Of a stretch of DNA of 64,000 nt, positions 43,763-56,000 are shown one piece after another. The notes under the pieces are model-generated. The model was not told where the DNA came from. It worked only from the letters and a program-made list of their open reading frames with translations, and searched no databases. Position numbers and translations under genes: made by a program. The first letter of the stretch is position 1, and every line of letters begins with the position of its first letter. Source of the DNA: the human T2T-CHM13v2.0 reference genome, Homo sapiens; NCBI RefSeq assembly GCF_009914755.1, contig NC_060934.1; one strand, 5' to 3'.

Positions 43763-46154
43763 ACCTGCATGTCAGGCCCTTCTGCGGCTTGCAGGCCATC
43801 TGTCTTGCAATCTATGCATAAATACACAGCAGTATTTCTCAGCTGCTGTTATACGTAAGAATTGTATTACCAGTAGGCAGATTTCTAACACACTGGTTGT
43901 AGTTTAATAATCCTATATTACCTGAAGTATGGGTTATATAAAAACCTAGAATGTTAATTGTTGACAAACCAATTCTAATATGTAAAGCACTGTAAGTCAC
44001 CCAGTAAATACACAAGTAAATCAAAAGGGATAGCTCTTTTTGCTCTAACAACGTGTTATTAAAAGCCACAACTTAATCACTTACATAAAAATAATGTTCA
44101 TGAATTTCGATGTACTAAGAAATCAGGAAAATGCATTATAATCTTACTAACAGAGCTTTTCCTTCACTTACAATTTAGAGGAAACTATTTTGCAGAAAAT
44201 ATTTTTCCCTTTCTTTAAAAAATGTACCTAAACCAACATGCCATTTAGGAAATTTGCTCCTATAACAAAACCTAGTTACAAACAACTAAGATTACATCTA
44301 TAAAATGTTATATTTTTAAAATAGCAATAGAGAAGTCGTGGAAAATATGTCACTGATACAGTGAGCAGAGAAACACTACCTGTCATTTTTCAGGAAAAGA
44401 TCACACAAACGCGATAGCAAAGGAACACAATAAAAAGCAGAAACAGGAATGTGATAGGTGACTCTGATTGCATCTGCAAAGGAAACTGTGAAATAAATTA
44501 ACACCCAAGTACCCAAGAAAGGCACATTGTGGCTTCACTGGAAGTGATCATTATGCAACAGAGAAGGTTGGTGATTTTGTAAGAACAGAAATAAAGTGTA
44601 GCCTGTGAAATCTAGTGGTGATAACTAATGACCATACTACTTACAACTCTGATTTGATCTCTAACATAAAAAAATAAAATAAAAAAGTACTCTAAAGAAT
44701 AGATGTATGCAATAGGGATTGTGTTTCTCACTTGAAACAAATAAACCTCAAATGGGATCAAAGGGCCCCGGTAAATGAAAAATGACAGTTCCTATGTTGC
44801 CCTGATTTGATCTCAAGCAAAACTACCATGCTGATAACATAGCAGGGGATGTGAGGAAGGCAGTGGAGTTCTTGGATTGCTATGAAAAGGAGGCGAGTGT
44901 GTAGCCCATTCAGCTGATGGGAAGCCCATTCTAATTCCAAAAAGTTATTGAGATTTAATCTCTAACAACAACAACAACAACAAAATAACTCATGCGGCAA
45001 CCAAAAGGGTATCCTTTAAAAACACACATACACAATTTTGTTATTTCCAATACATTCTGTAGAATCTCTTTACATTCAATTCTTCCATCTGTCTAAGCTG
45101 GGTAAGGCACATGTGTGAAGAGAACCAAATGTCACAATGCTTGCTTTGAGAACGAAGTGTCTCCAGTTATCCAGACAGGGAGCTTGACTAGGAGGGTCTC
45201 AGGCATAGGCCATGGGCATCCCATCTCCCATCTCAGCTGGCTACCACTCACTCTGGAGAGACAGGGTTTCCAGGAGCAATTCTGGACAGATGCAAAGGGT
45301 GAAGGGGAATCTGGTGGGGTTCAGGGCTGTCAAGATTCGAGTTGGGGGCTTACCCTGCCTAGATATAACTCCTAGTGTTAGCTTGTGTATTAGTCCAGTG
45401 AGATAAGGTCTAGGCCATTGGCTAGGGTCTGAACAATTAAAGGTGCACACCCTGCCTTAAATATCCAAATTTATTTGGGATAAATTCAAATCAATAAGGA
45501 AACATAGGTGGATGAACAGAAGCAATGGGTTTGCCATGGCTTCCTACCCCGACTCAAATACCCAATGACATATGGAAGGAGAAAACATCAGCACCCCCAG
45601 ATCCACTACAGAGCCCACCATGTGCTGTCAGCAGAAACAACGGAACAAATGTGTTACCTTCAGAAGAAGCAGTGATCAATTTGAGATCAATCTATTCAAG
45701 AGTTGTCCAGCAGTCAAAGGAATTGGCTGTTGGCTGTTCAGAAACAAAGGTTCTGTTCAAGAAGGTATAAAGGAACAAGAAGGAAGAAAGGAAGATCTCT
45801 AGCCTTGAGACTTTTTTTTTTTTTTTGCCTCTGGTTCAGCTTCTCATGAAAGACCTTTTTCCTTGAGATACATGCTTAATAAACTATGGAAACATATTCT
45901 CAACAGAGTTTACATGTTAATCAGCCATTTATTGAATTCACACTGTGTGTCTTGGTTACTGTGTGCAATATGCTAAGAATTCAAAGACCAATTTTGACTT
46001 CTACAAAAACCTCAACATAAAAACTGTCTAATGGGGTTTACATGAAATGTTACAGGCTTACAGAAAAGAGATTCACTTTTTCTAATTTGGTTTCCGGGTG
46101 GGCTAGTTAAGAAGGCTTCACAGAGATGGCAGTACTTGAGCTGTACCTTCACAG

Positions 46155-46376
46155 CAGAGGTTGGCCAACTTTTTCCCTAAAAGGCCAGATAGTAAATATT
46201 TTGAGCCTTCTGGGCCATACCCTTTTTGTTACAATTACTCAGCTTTGCAGTTGTAGCCTGAAAGCAGCCATGGACACTGAGCAAATGAATGGGAGTGACT
46301 ATGTTACAAGGAAACTTTACTTACTACAATGGATGGCAGGCCAGACTGGGCCCATGGGACAGTGTGCTGACCCCTG
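46155..46376. mobile_element. MER58A-like MITE within an L2-like region
   Basis: cagaggttggccaacttttt...ggccagatagtaaatatttt...tgctgacccctg. Confidence 0.75.
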
Positions 46377-47123
46377 CTCTGAAGGATGGGTAAGTTTTAA
46401 TCTGCTAGAAGCAGAGAGGAAAAGAATCACAGTCTCAGGAAAAGGTTCCAGAAATGTGTAAAGTAATGAGAATAAGACGCTTCTAGAGAATTGTTAGATG
46501 ATGGATGCTTATGTGGAGAACGGAACTAGGGAAACTGGTTGAGGCCAAACTGCAAAGGGCTTTGAATGCCATTTTAATAGCAGAAAGTTGGAAATTATCC
46601 TCTTAAAAAACAAGGAACCATCAAAAGGTCTCTCTCTTTAAAATGGGATAACATGACAAAGTCTGTGCTTTAGAATACTAAAGTTGGTGGTGGTTTGGTG
46701 GCAAGAGGAACTAATTGAAAGGTTGAAGGGCAACAATGGCAGACTAGCTGAAGAAGAAATGAGCATGTGAGCTTGGCAGTGCCACTGGCAATGGTGAGAA
46801 AAGGTTCGAAATGTAATCTGGAGGCCAAATCAGAGGACTTGGCCATCGGTAGGAGGAAAGAGAGAGTGTTACAGGGTAAAACTCAGAATTTCAAATGTGC
46901 ATATTGATACTCATTCCACTCATCCCTAGACCTATCCACACATCAGGTCTGCTGAAAGAAAGGGATAGTGGTAAGGCATGGGTGAAAAACTTGGGCCCAG
47001 TCTTGGCCTTGCTCCAAGCACTCATCTAATTAATTACAAAATCAACAAGAAACAGAGCCCAGCTACTCATAAAGCAAGGTAGGAAAGGTGATGATGTGAA
47101 GTCTCAACACCAACTGGACCTCA

Positions 47124-47315
<192 letters not shown>

Positions 47316-48739
47316 TCAAGACCATCATCAAAAAAGAAATTTTGATGGAATTTGAAAGGACAGGAATGTCTTCTTTCCCCATCTGTTCTCCTCTTTTTGT
47401 GTTCCAACTTTCCCTCCCTCTCCCAAAAACACTTTGAATTTGCTGACGATCTCCAGACCTATTTTAGGGATGGACAAGCCATAAAGAAGGGGTTTCAGGG
47501 GGATGAGGAATGATGAGACCTGAAGTCACAGTTTTCTAATGATCCCAGGACCTAAGGATTCTAACAGCTGGGCTAAAATCTAAGACACACATTTATTTTC
47601 ATCCATCAAATCTGTACTATTCCAACTAGGAAGCCTCTTTTGCCTGGAGATGGTGTCCCCGTTTGGCCCTATATGCTTCCTGCTACACGATTTCATTCCT
47701 GGAGACCTGGCAATAACAAAACAAGGTGTAACAAATATGATGAGGAGGCTCTTTGGGGAGGTCAACAGTTAGCATTCATTGTGGGAGGGCAGGGCCATTT
47801 GTAGAGACACTGCATATGAACTGGTCTGGGATAGCTTCAGTAGCTGACAATGTTCTGATTACTAATAACCCCCAAATCACTGGAGCATAGATAATACCAG
47901 GACCCCGGGTTAGGGAGAGGGCCTTTTTCTGTGCTTTCCTTGAGGAAAATAAAAGACACCTTGGAAGAAAACAAGCTGACAATAAAGTAGAAACCTGTAA
48001 GAATCTTCTGGGCTCTTTCGGTGTGTCCCTGTGCGCCCAGTTCCTGCCCTAGAAGCTGCGAACTCACAGACAGAAGACTAACACTGATATACTACGAGGT
48101 TTCTACACACATAATTGTTCCTCACAGGACCTACCACGATGTTGGGTAATAGACATCAGCATTTTAGAAGGATTTATAACAGTAAGGGTTGAAGCAAAAA
48201 GGACTTTTAGCCTTTCTCAATCAGAAGAAGGAAGATAATCAGAGTCTCAGAGTTTAAAGGAAACTTAGAAATATGACCTTCCAATTTCCTCATTTTACAC
48301 ACAAATTTTGCAAGGCCTACTGGATAGTCAAGATGGAAATCAATGTTCTGGGGAGATATAGCTGTCTCTTGGTATTTTTGTTGGCTTATTTCTGTTGGGA
48401 CAATTATTCCATGACCTAGAAATTAAACAAATTGACTCCATTTAACTTTTATAGTCTGTTATACTAAGCTGTTCAACTCTCAGCCACTATCTGTGGGCTT
48501 CTCTGCCTGTAGCTGATATGACCTCTTATAAGGCTAGCTTGATGACAGTCAGTCATTTGAAAAAAAAAAAAAGCACTAGTTATGGTTAAAGTGGCTTATC
48601 ATTATTATTTCCATCAATACTATGGGAGATGGCAAGCTTCTGATCTAGCAGTCCACTCATCCGCTATGTGATCTTCGTCAAGTTCATCTCTGTTTCTTTG
48701 TTAATTTCATATGTTAATGAAGGATGATAAAAATAATAA

Positions 48740-48890
48740 TTCAACATATACCAGGCAATCTTTATATATATTCACTCACTGAATTCGTGCAACCACTCTG
48801 TGAGATAGGTCCTTATTATCTCCAGTTTATAGATGAGGAAGCTAAAAAATAGTGAAGTTCTGGAACTTACTCAAAGTCACATGGTAGTAG
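48740..48890 (-). mobile_element. MIR fragment
   Basis: ttattatctccagtttatagatgaggaagct...aaagtcacatggtagta. Confidence 0.65.
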
Positions 48891-51800
48891 GACATGATGT
48901 CTATGCTGGGGATGCCTAGATGAAATGAGATGATGTTGGTGCCTTGAGAAGCACAAAGACTCAAACACACATAAGACATTACTCTTATTATAGCCATGAG
49001 CATCTACTTGGTGAACATGTCAAAGCATGACTTCACCAGGACTTACTTCCAAAGTTTCCAGAAAATGCACAGATCTCACCCTTGTATCTGCCTGCTCTGA
49101 CGTTTCCTAGAATTTCAGGCTGTAATTGCCAACAAGATCTCTCAGTTCACTGCACAGTGAGGGGAATGGCATCAGAATCCCCTAACATAGAGAGGAGGAA
49201 ATACAGGAGATGTCTGCCTGTTTCCCATCTTCATCTTAATAGAAGATGTTTGTGAAGGAGCAGTGTTTCCAGCAACCAGCCCCTTGCAAATTTCACATTC
49301 ATGCCCTAACTTCCAGACCCTGTGACATGACCTGAGCCCCTTCCTCCCTGTCTTCATTCCTAGCATAGTTGCAGCTTTTATTTTCACCTAGCATCTCTCT
49401 TCTCTGCAGGTCATTGTGCATCCCTTCTCAGTAACATCTGTTTAGGGCTTTGGTTTTGAAGCATCCCTGCTGGATATGTTCTCTCAGTTGGATACGTTAC
49501 AGGCCATATGTGGAAATTTACTCATCTGCACTGAAGAAATGGCCAGATCAGCCTTGACAAAATGCAGAGAGCATTTCAGAACCATTCAAAGGTAAGGGAA
49601 TGCTTGGTGCAGCCTGAGAGAGCTTTGAGAACAATCAGGAAAACTCTTCCTTGGCTTGAGCAGAACAAACAGAATAATGGCTCCTAATAGGTAATAGCTA
49701 TGAGACATTCAGCTTTTGGATACCTCCACGTGGGAGGAATCATTTGGGTGCTGCTGTTGCATTCAAGCTGCCTACCTCGAGTCAGAGTCAAATTACCCTG
49801 ACAGCCATAAAAGGCCTCGAATGTTGCTCTACATTTGGGCAGGTTGATGTGCCCACCTGCAGATGCTGACACCTCTCTAGCTACAACAGACTCCTTTCCT
49901 CACATGAGCCCTGCCCAATGCATTGGTTTTATGCTGCCCTGACTCACACCAAAATAATCAGGTTTGCTGAAATTAATAAAACTGAATGTGAATGTCACAA
50001 GTCCTTGATTTTCCAGAGCAAATGCTCTATATGTGGTAGTAACCCTGCCACTCCTCATTGGAAGCATTGGTGGATTTTTGCCTATGTGGTTTTTTCTGGT
50101 ACTTTGTTTCCAGATCTTCTTTCCCATAATTTATCCTTCACAAAGAATATCAATTGCACCTGCCATTTGATCATTTTCTAGTTCCTTCAGTCATGTCCTT
50201 GTTCTTTCTTACTACATTTTTCCCTCTTACTCTTCTTGTACATCCCAGTTTTTTATGTTTACATATATATACTATATAGTAAGTTGCTGCTTAGAAAGTT
50301 TTGGGAAGCTTCATGGATCTAGGGCGATCTGGCTTCTAGCACATCACCAATTCCTTTAAGGGTTGGGAAGCCCTTCATTTATTCATTCTTTTACTCATGA
50401 AATATTTACTGAACTGGAATCCTTCAGGCCATTTCCTATTCAAGTATTCTTGCCAATATAGGAAGCCCAGCCAAGGATGTCAGCATGCTACATTTTTGAC
50501 CTTGGAGGGAGGGAAGGCAGCCCCTGGGTCCTTTCTTGACTGAGTGTGATCCAACAGGCTCCAGCCCAGAAAGCTGACATTGGCCAAAATGAAGATCATT
50601 TTAATGCAAGCAGTCAGCTCCCTTCCCAGAAGATAGCCCATGCTCTATGGTGTGCAGATGCCCATCTATGCACTGTCGATACAGCTGGTGCAGTGCCAGC
50701 TCTAGGGCTGGAGTCTTTCTCACTTCATTTATAAGTCTCTCAGTGCAGTTGATCATCCCTAATGCAGATCTGCCTCAAAAGATTCCATTTTCTATTTGCA
50801 TAGGGTTTTCTCTGCAGCTCTAGGAACATTTGGTGGGACTCATCTTGCGGTATTGAAGGGGCTAGAATGAAAACTTTCAGATTTACTAGAAAAGGCTGGG
50901 GGAGTTTTTTCTTGCTGTTTCCCTTGAATATGAGAGATTAGCTCCCCCTGAGGATGACCAAATGAGATGGTCTGAGAAGAAAGGCCACTTTTGTTAGTCC
51001 TGCTCATCTGAGCTGGACATCAAAAGAATGTCTCCTCAGAATAAAAATCTGTGGGCATGTGTAGCAATCTCCCTCCAAAGCAGGCACTATCTAGCTATTT
51101 ACAGAAAGGCCTTTGCAATTCCCTCTGAGATTTCAAATGCAAGGGTCTGACAATGCTGGATTTAGCTCTGTCCATTTAGATTCCCTTTGGGAAAAAGGTC
51201 AGCTGGGGAAGCAGAACCCCTGTAAGCAGATGTGGCGATGGAGGGTCCCCTGACTATCCAGGTAATTCAACAAGCTGGTTTTGGAGAAAGCCCCAGAGAG
51301 AGAAGGACAACACACAGCTGGTTGGCTTGGTGCATTTTGCCACATTGCACTTCCAGAAGTTGGCATTCTCAGCATGCACAGCCTACCACCATGAGGGAAC
51401 CCAGGACTCAAGTGCTTTTCCATGCAGTTTTAATGACCCCCTGAGGTCAATGGTGTACACAAATGCCACAATCACGGATGCTGACATAAGTAAGGACACA
51501 GACAAAGGTCTTATGCACAAAGCAGTAAAACCGAAAAGAAAATTGTGCATGATACTTAGAAATGCCACATGACTTCTTTAGGACTCTGTGTGGCAGTACT
51601 TCACAGGAAATGTGTTTTGTATTTCCACTCGAGAAGGTTAAGTGGTTGAAAACTACAGTGGATTTTCAGTGAATGGGATGTGAAGCACTTTATTATTTTC
51701 CCCCCATCGATGTAAGGAGACATGCTGACTTCCTGAGAAAGGAGGAGAAAAGTCTCCTTGCCATATACAGGGATTTAAAGAATAATTCCCATGAGCTCTA

Positions 51801-52809
51801 ACTGAAGCTACCACCTGCAGCTGGAAGCAAGAGCCTCAGCGCTGGCCAGCTGTCCCCACTGGTGGCTCCCACTTGCTTTGTGTCTGCTGCTCAGCCTGAG
51901 CCAATACTTCACACCAGCAGGTGAGAGCTGCCTGCCTGTCACCTTCAACACACTCAAGATGTAAGATATATTTGAACTGGGGAAGATGATGAGGAATAAG
52001 GAAGAAATAATGGTTAGGAAAAGGAAACAGAAGCAGTAGATCCCCAAGGCCAGTGGTAGTGGATGCAGCCGAGTGGGTCTCCTAGTCCTGGGTCAGGGGT
52101 CAGGAAATCTTCCTCCAATAAGAAGGAAACTCTAGCAAACCCAGCTAGGAATCACAATGGCTGCCAGGTCAGCTGGGGAGAATTAGGCTCATGGAATTCA
52201 GCTGCTCCAGAGCCACTAATTAAACTGTCTTTTAAAGACTGTAACTTCTTGGATTTGCATCTGGGCAATGTGCTTCACCTGCAGGGTCCTGCAGACTATA
52301 GATCAAGTCTTCCTTCTGAAGGCTTCTCAGAACAGCTGGGGCCCGCCCACAACAGGCTCCCCTCTGTTTGTCTCCTCCCCGAGAGGGGGGCTTCCAGCTC
52401 CCCTCTAGTCAGTCCCTTCCTCCCCTGCAGCCACAGCAGCCCTCCCAAAACAAAGCCTCTGTTAGGTCACTTCCCTGATCAAACACCAATATGATAGTGT
52501 CGCACTGTCTAAAGACTTTCTATCATATTACAGACTAAGAACAAAACCCTTGGCCTGGCCCCTGCCAGGAATGGGGCCCCATTTTACCCTTCAGGGGGGT
52601 CAATTCCCTGCATGCTAAGTAAGTCTTAAACTCTAGCCAAATTGGGTGGCCAGCTGCTGTGCAGGAGGCCCCCCCAGGACTCTCTACATTATCTCGAGGT
52701 TTCATTACCAGAATCCTCACTTTTTTCTCCTCCCTTGGAGATTAAGTGACTTATCCATCATATTCAACTGCAAGAGTAACTGAGCAACTCAACCGACTCC
52801 ACACTCTGT

Positions 52810-53040
52810 GGAGCCACACGGCCTGTGTTGAAATCCCAGCTCCACCAGTCACTGGCTATGAGACCCTTGGCAAGTCATGAGACTGTGACATGAGGCTATG
52901 AGACCCTTGGCCAGACTCACTGGCTATGAGACCCTTGTGCCTTAGTTGCCTTATCTGTAAATGGGGCACATTGCAGATGTCTCAGGTTATAGTTGCCTCA
53001 ACTGCAAACAGCAGTTACCACATAATAAGGGTTAAATTAA
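52810..53040 (+). mobile_element. MIR with internal triplication
   Basis: aatcccagctccacc...ttatctgtaaatgggg; ggctatgagacccttg occurs three times. Confidence 0.7.
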
Positions 53041-56000
53041 TTAATATTTGTGGTAATAGGGGGAGTAGTGCCTGTAATGCAGCAAATGCTATATAAGTGT
53101 TAAATTTAACAACAGCAACAACACATACACACATCCTCCCTGTGTACTCAGAGTTGCTTGCACACAGTAAGAGTAGAGACTACACTAATTCTAGTCGTAA
53201 CATGAATCCAAGTTAACCAACTAGCCATTTCTTAGTAATGCTGTGTCAACAAGTCTCACTCCCTTGGTGATGCAGTATACACAGAATATAGATCTCTTTG
53301 GGGAGTGACCCCATGCTCAGATAAGACTAAAACATGATGCTAGCCTCAAAAGAGAAACATAATTTTTCAGCAAATGTTGGTAGTATGCCTCCCTCTGTCT
53401 CTCCTCACCAATGAGCATGACCTGCTTATGATTACTAGGTCCACTCCATTCTGGTTTCCATTTTTGGCTGCTCTGTGCTTGCAGCTTCTAGGCTTCACTG
53501 GGAGTCAAAGATCCCAAATGTTAAGATCGTTTTGAAGAGCATGCTGGCAAATGTCCTAAATGTGCTGGGCCAGATGACAAGCATCCATCTCCGATGAAGG
53601 AAGTATCCAACTGAAATGATGGGCACCATATGAGAAGGAGAATCCCAAGGCATGATGGAAACCACAGGTGCTGCAGACCCACTGTCCGTTTCTGTCTGGA
53701 TGGGGAAGGAAGGCAGGATGCAGTGAAGCCTGTGCCACTGCCCCACAAGCCTCTCTCGAGTGACTTCACACCATTATTGGTCTGATACTAATTTGAGACA
53801 ATACCCAATCACATCACAACAAATTAGCCACAGACACGTGATAGCAATCAACTCAGGGGGCGATCCTGAATGCGGGCTGGGGGATTCTCCAGCTCCGTGA
53901 GCCGCACGCTCCCACAGATGTTTCTAAAAGCGTCTTCCCAGAGGCCCATTTAGAGAGAAATTAAATGCAACTTCGACTTAATTAACGTTTTAAATGATAA
54001 TGAATACAATGTAGATTCATAGGAGGCATTTACATTGTGTTGTAAAATTGATAAAAATTTAATAACTCTTTGTTAATAAGTTATGTCTCCCCAGACCCAT
54101 AAAGCCTAAGGCGCTGCAAACTCCACACTGGGTCTAATCGAGGCTCCTGGTGCAGGTGGAGGAAAGAGGCAGAGACGGACTTGACATTTGCTCCAAGCCT
54201 GCTCTAATTCAAACCTCTGCTTGTTCATCAGTACTTTATTTCATACAGTAAAGGTCAGGATTTGGGCTCAAGGCAGAGCCTTGACAAGAAAGCTCAAGTG
54301 GAAGGCGGGCTGGCCCTGGCATCTGTCGCCTGAGATAGTGGAGGAGGATGGAAGATGAGGAGCTAACTGGCCACATCTGCCCTCCACCATGGAGGTAAGA
54401 GGAAGCATTCACTGCCTGGTGGTAGAAGCTGTCAGGATGAGTATCCTGAGAACCGGCCACTGTCCTGAAATAAAAAAGCAAACATAATTTCTATGTCACC
54501 TTGCATAAGGGCCTCTTCTGGGCTTACATGAGGCATGCCAACATCTTTTCTAGTTTGTCCTTAAAGAGCCGAGTCATTTATTACAGCATGGTGTCCCTGG
54601 GAAGAAAGGTGTCCCATGATGGGGTATACACAAAGGACCCTGTCAGCTTCCCTCATTCTGACCTTTCTCCTTCTTGTTTCCCAATCCTGTTTCAAAGAAT
54701 TTCTTTTGAGAAGTTGGCTGCCTTTTGCCTACTGTTCCCGTCTCCTTTCATCTACCTGCAGTACATCTTCATAGTGTATTCATCTTCAGGAATTCAACCA
54801 TACTCTTTTTTTGGAAGGTGGTGAAAGCACAACAAGGTCCCCAAATACAAGCCAGTGACTTTACCTGACACTCAACTGAAACAACCAGCTATTTATTCTG
54901 GAGAAGAACCCAGTGTGTTGGGAGCTCTTGACAGATGAGCGATGTAAAGGATCCTTCTCAAAGGCAATTTTGCCCAAGCATGATTTCTGCCTTACAATGC
55001 TGATTTAAGAAGCTGCCCACTGCACAGAGTGAGCTAAGGCCCACAGTAAGGCATATTTCCAGTCAACCTATGGCTCAGCGTGGCTATCACAAAATCAAGC
55101 AAGAGGCAGTGGCTTCTGTAGCCTCACCTGCTACCAATAAGAGTGTCTTAAGAAGCCCCTTCCAGGCCCATCACTAGGTCTTAGTCACAGGGGATGACCC
55201 AGTGGCTGCCTAGGCCGATCTGCCACTCTGTTTTTACTTCCTGCAATGAAGTACAAAGGGTCAAATCAAGACGCATGGGCCAGGGTAACTAAAGAGCCAG
55301 GGGACAACCCAAAGGCTCTGGTAGTGTTTGGTGTGCACATGTGTGATGGATATTGACACAGAGAGAGAGAGAGAGCGCACTCACATCAGCACGGCAAGCA
55401 TGGGAAGATGGGAGAAAATGGAGACTCAGACGAACAGGCTTTAAAACTAATACATGAAAAACTATGATCACATCGATTCGTGCTTATTATCCTTGGCTCT
55501 CCTTTTTCTGTCTTTTTCTCACTGGTAGTGGTGGTGGAAAGAGGGGAGTAATTGATTTTAGGGCCCAGAAGTAAAATAAGCAAATAGAATTTAGGTTTGG
55601 GGAATTTGAGGAAGTCACCTAAAACTGCACATAAAAGGAATGAGATAATTATAGGCTGTTGATTTTTAAATGTAGCTTATTAAATTAACTCTCCTTTAAC
55701 AGGCGTTGGAGACTGTCAGGATAGGGTGTGTCCTATTATAGACATTTTCCTAGAGCTGTTTCCACCCCCTGCCCTTGTATCTGATTTTATGTACTTCAAA
55801 ATGCCATTAGTTCACTTAAGTGACTTTAGTTCTATTGACAATGTTAATTCTCTGTCTGCACAAACCAAAGGCTACTCAGGATAAGCTGATTTTTGTTTAT
55901 TATCTGACAAGACTCGATATTACACTAAACTGATTTTGGTACGTCTCCCTTCAACCTAATCATATTGGACTTCTCTCAGCTTAACCATCGGAGTTGAATG

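Noticed and set aside
43763-43770. TGCAG as the CTCF upstream (ZF9-11) motif
   Set aside because: Spacing to the core appears too short for the described extended motif
52063-52494. 143-aa + strand ORF, and similar 100-140-aa ORFs at 2216, 3261, 4645, 33980, 59019 and 60434
   Set aside because: No recognisable domain or splice context; lengths expected by chance in 64 kb
52854-52937. Repeat-spacer pattern superficially like a CRISPR array
   Set aside because: Primate intron, only three 16-bp units with irregular spacers inside a MIR, no cas genes
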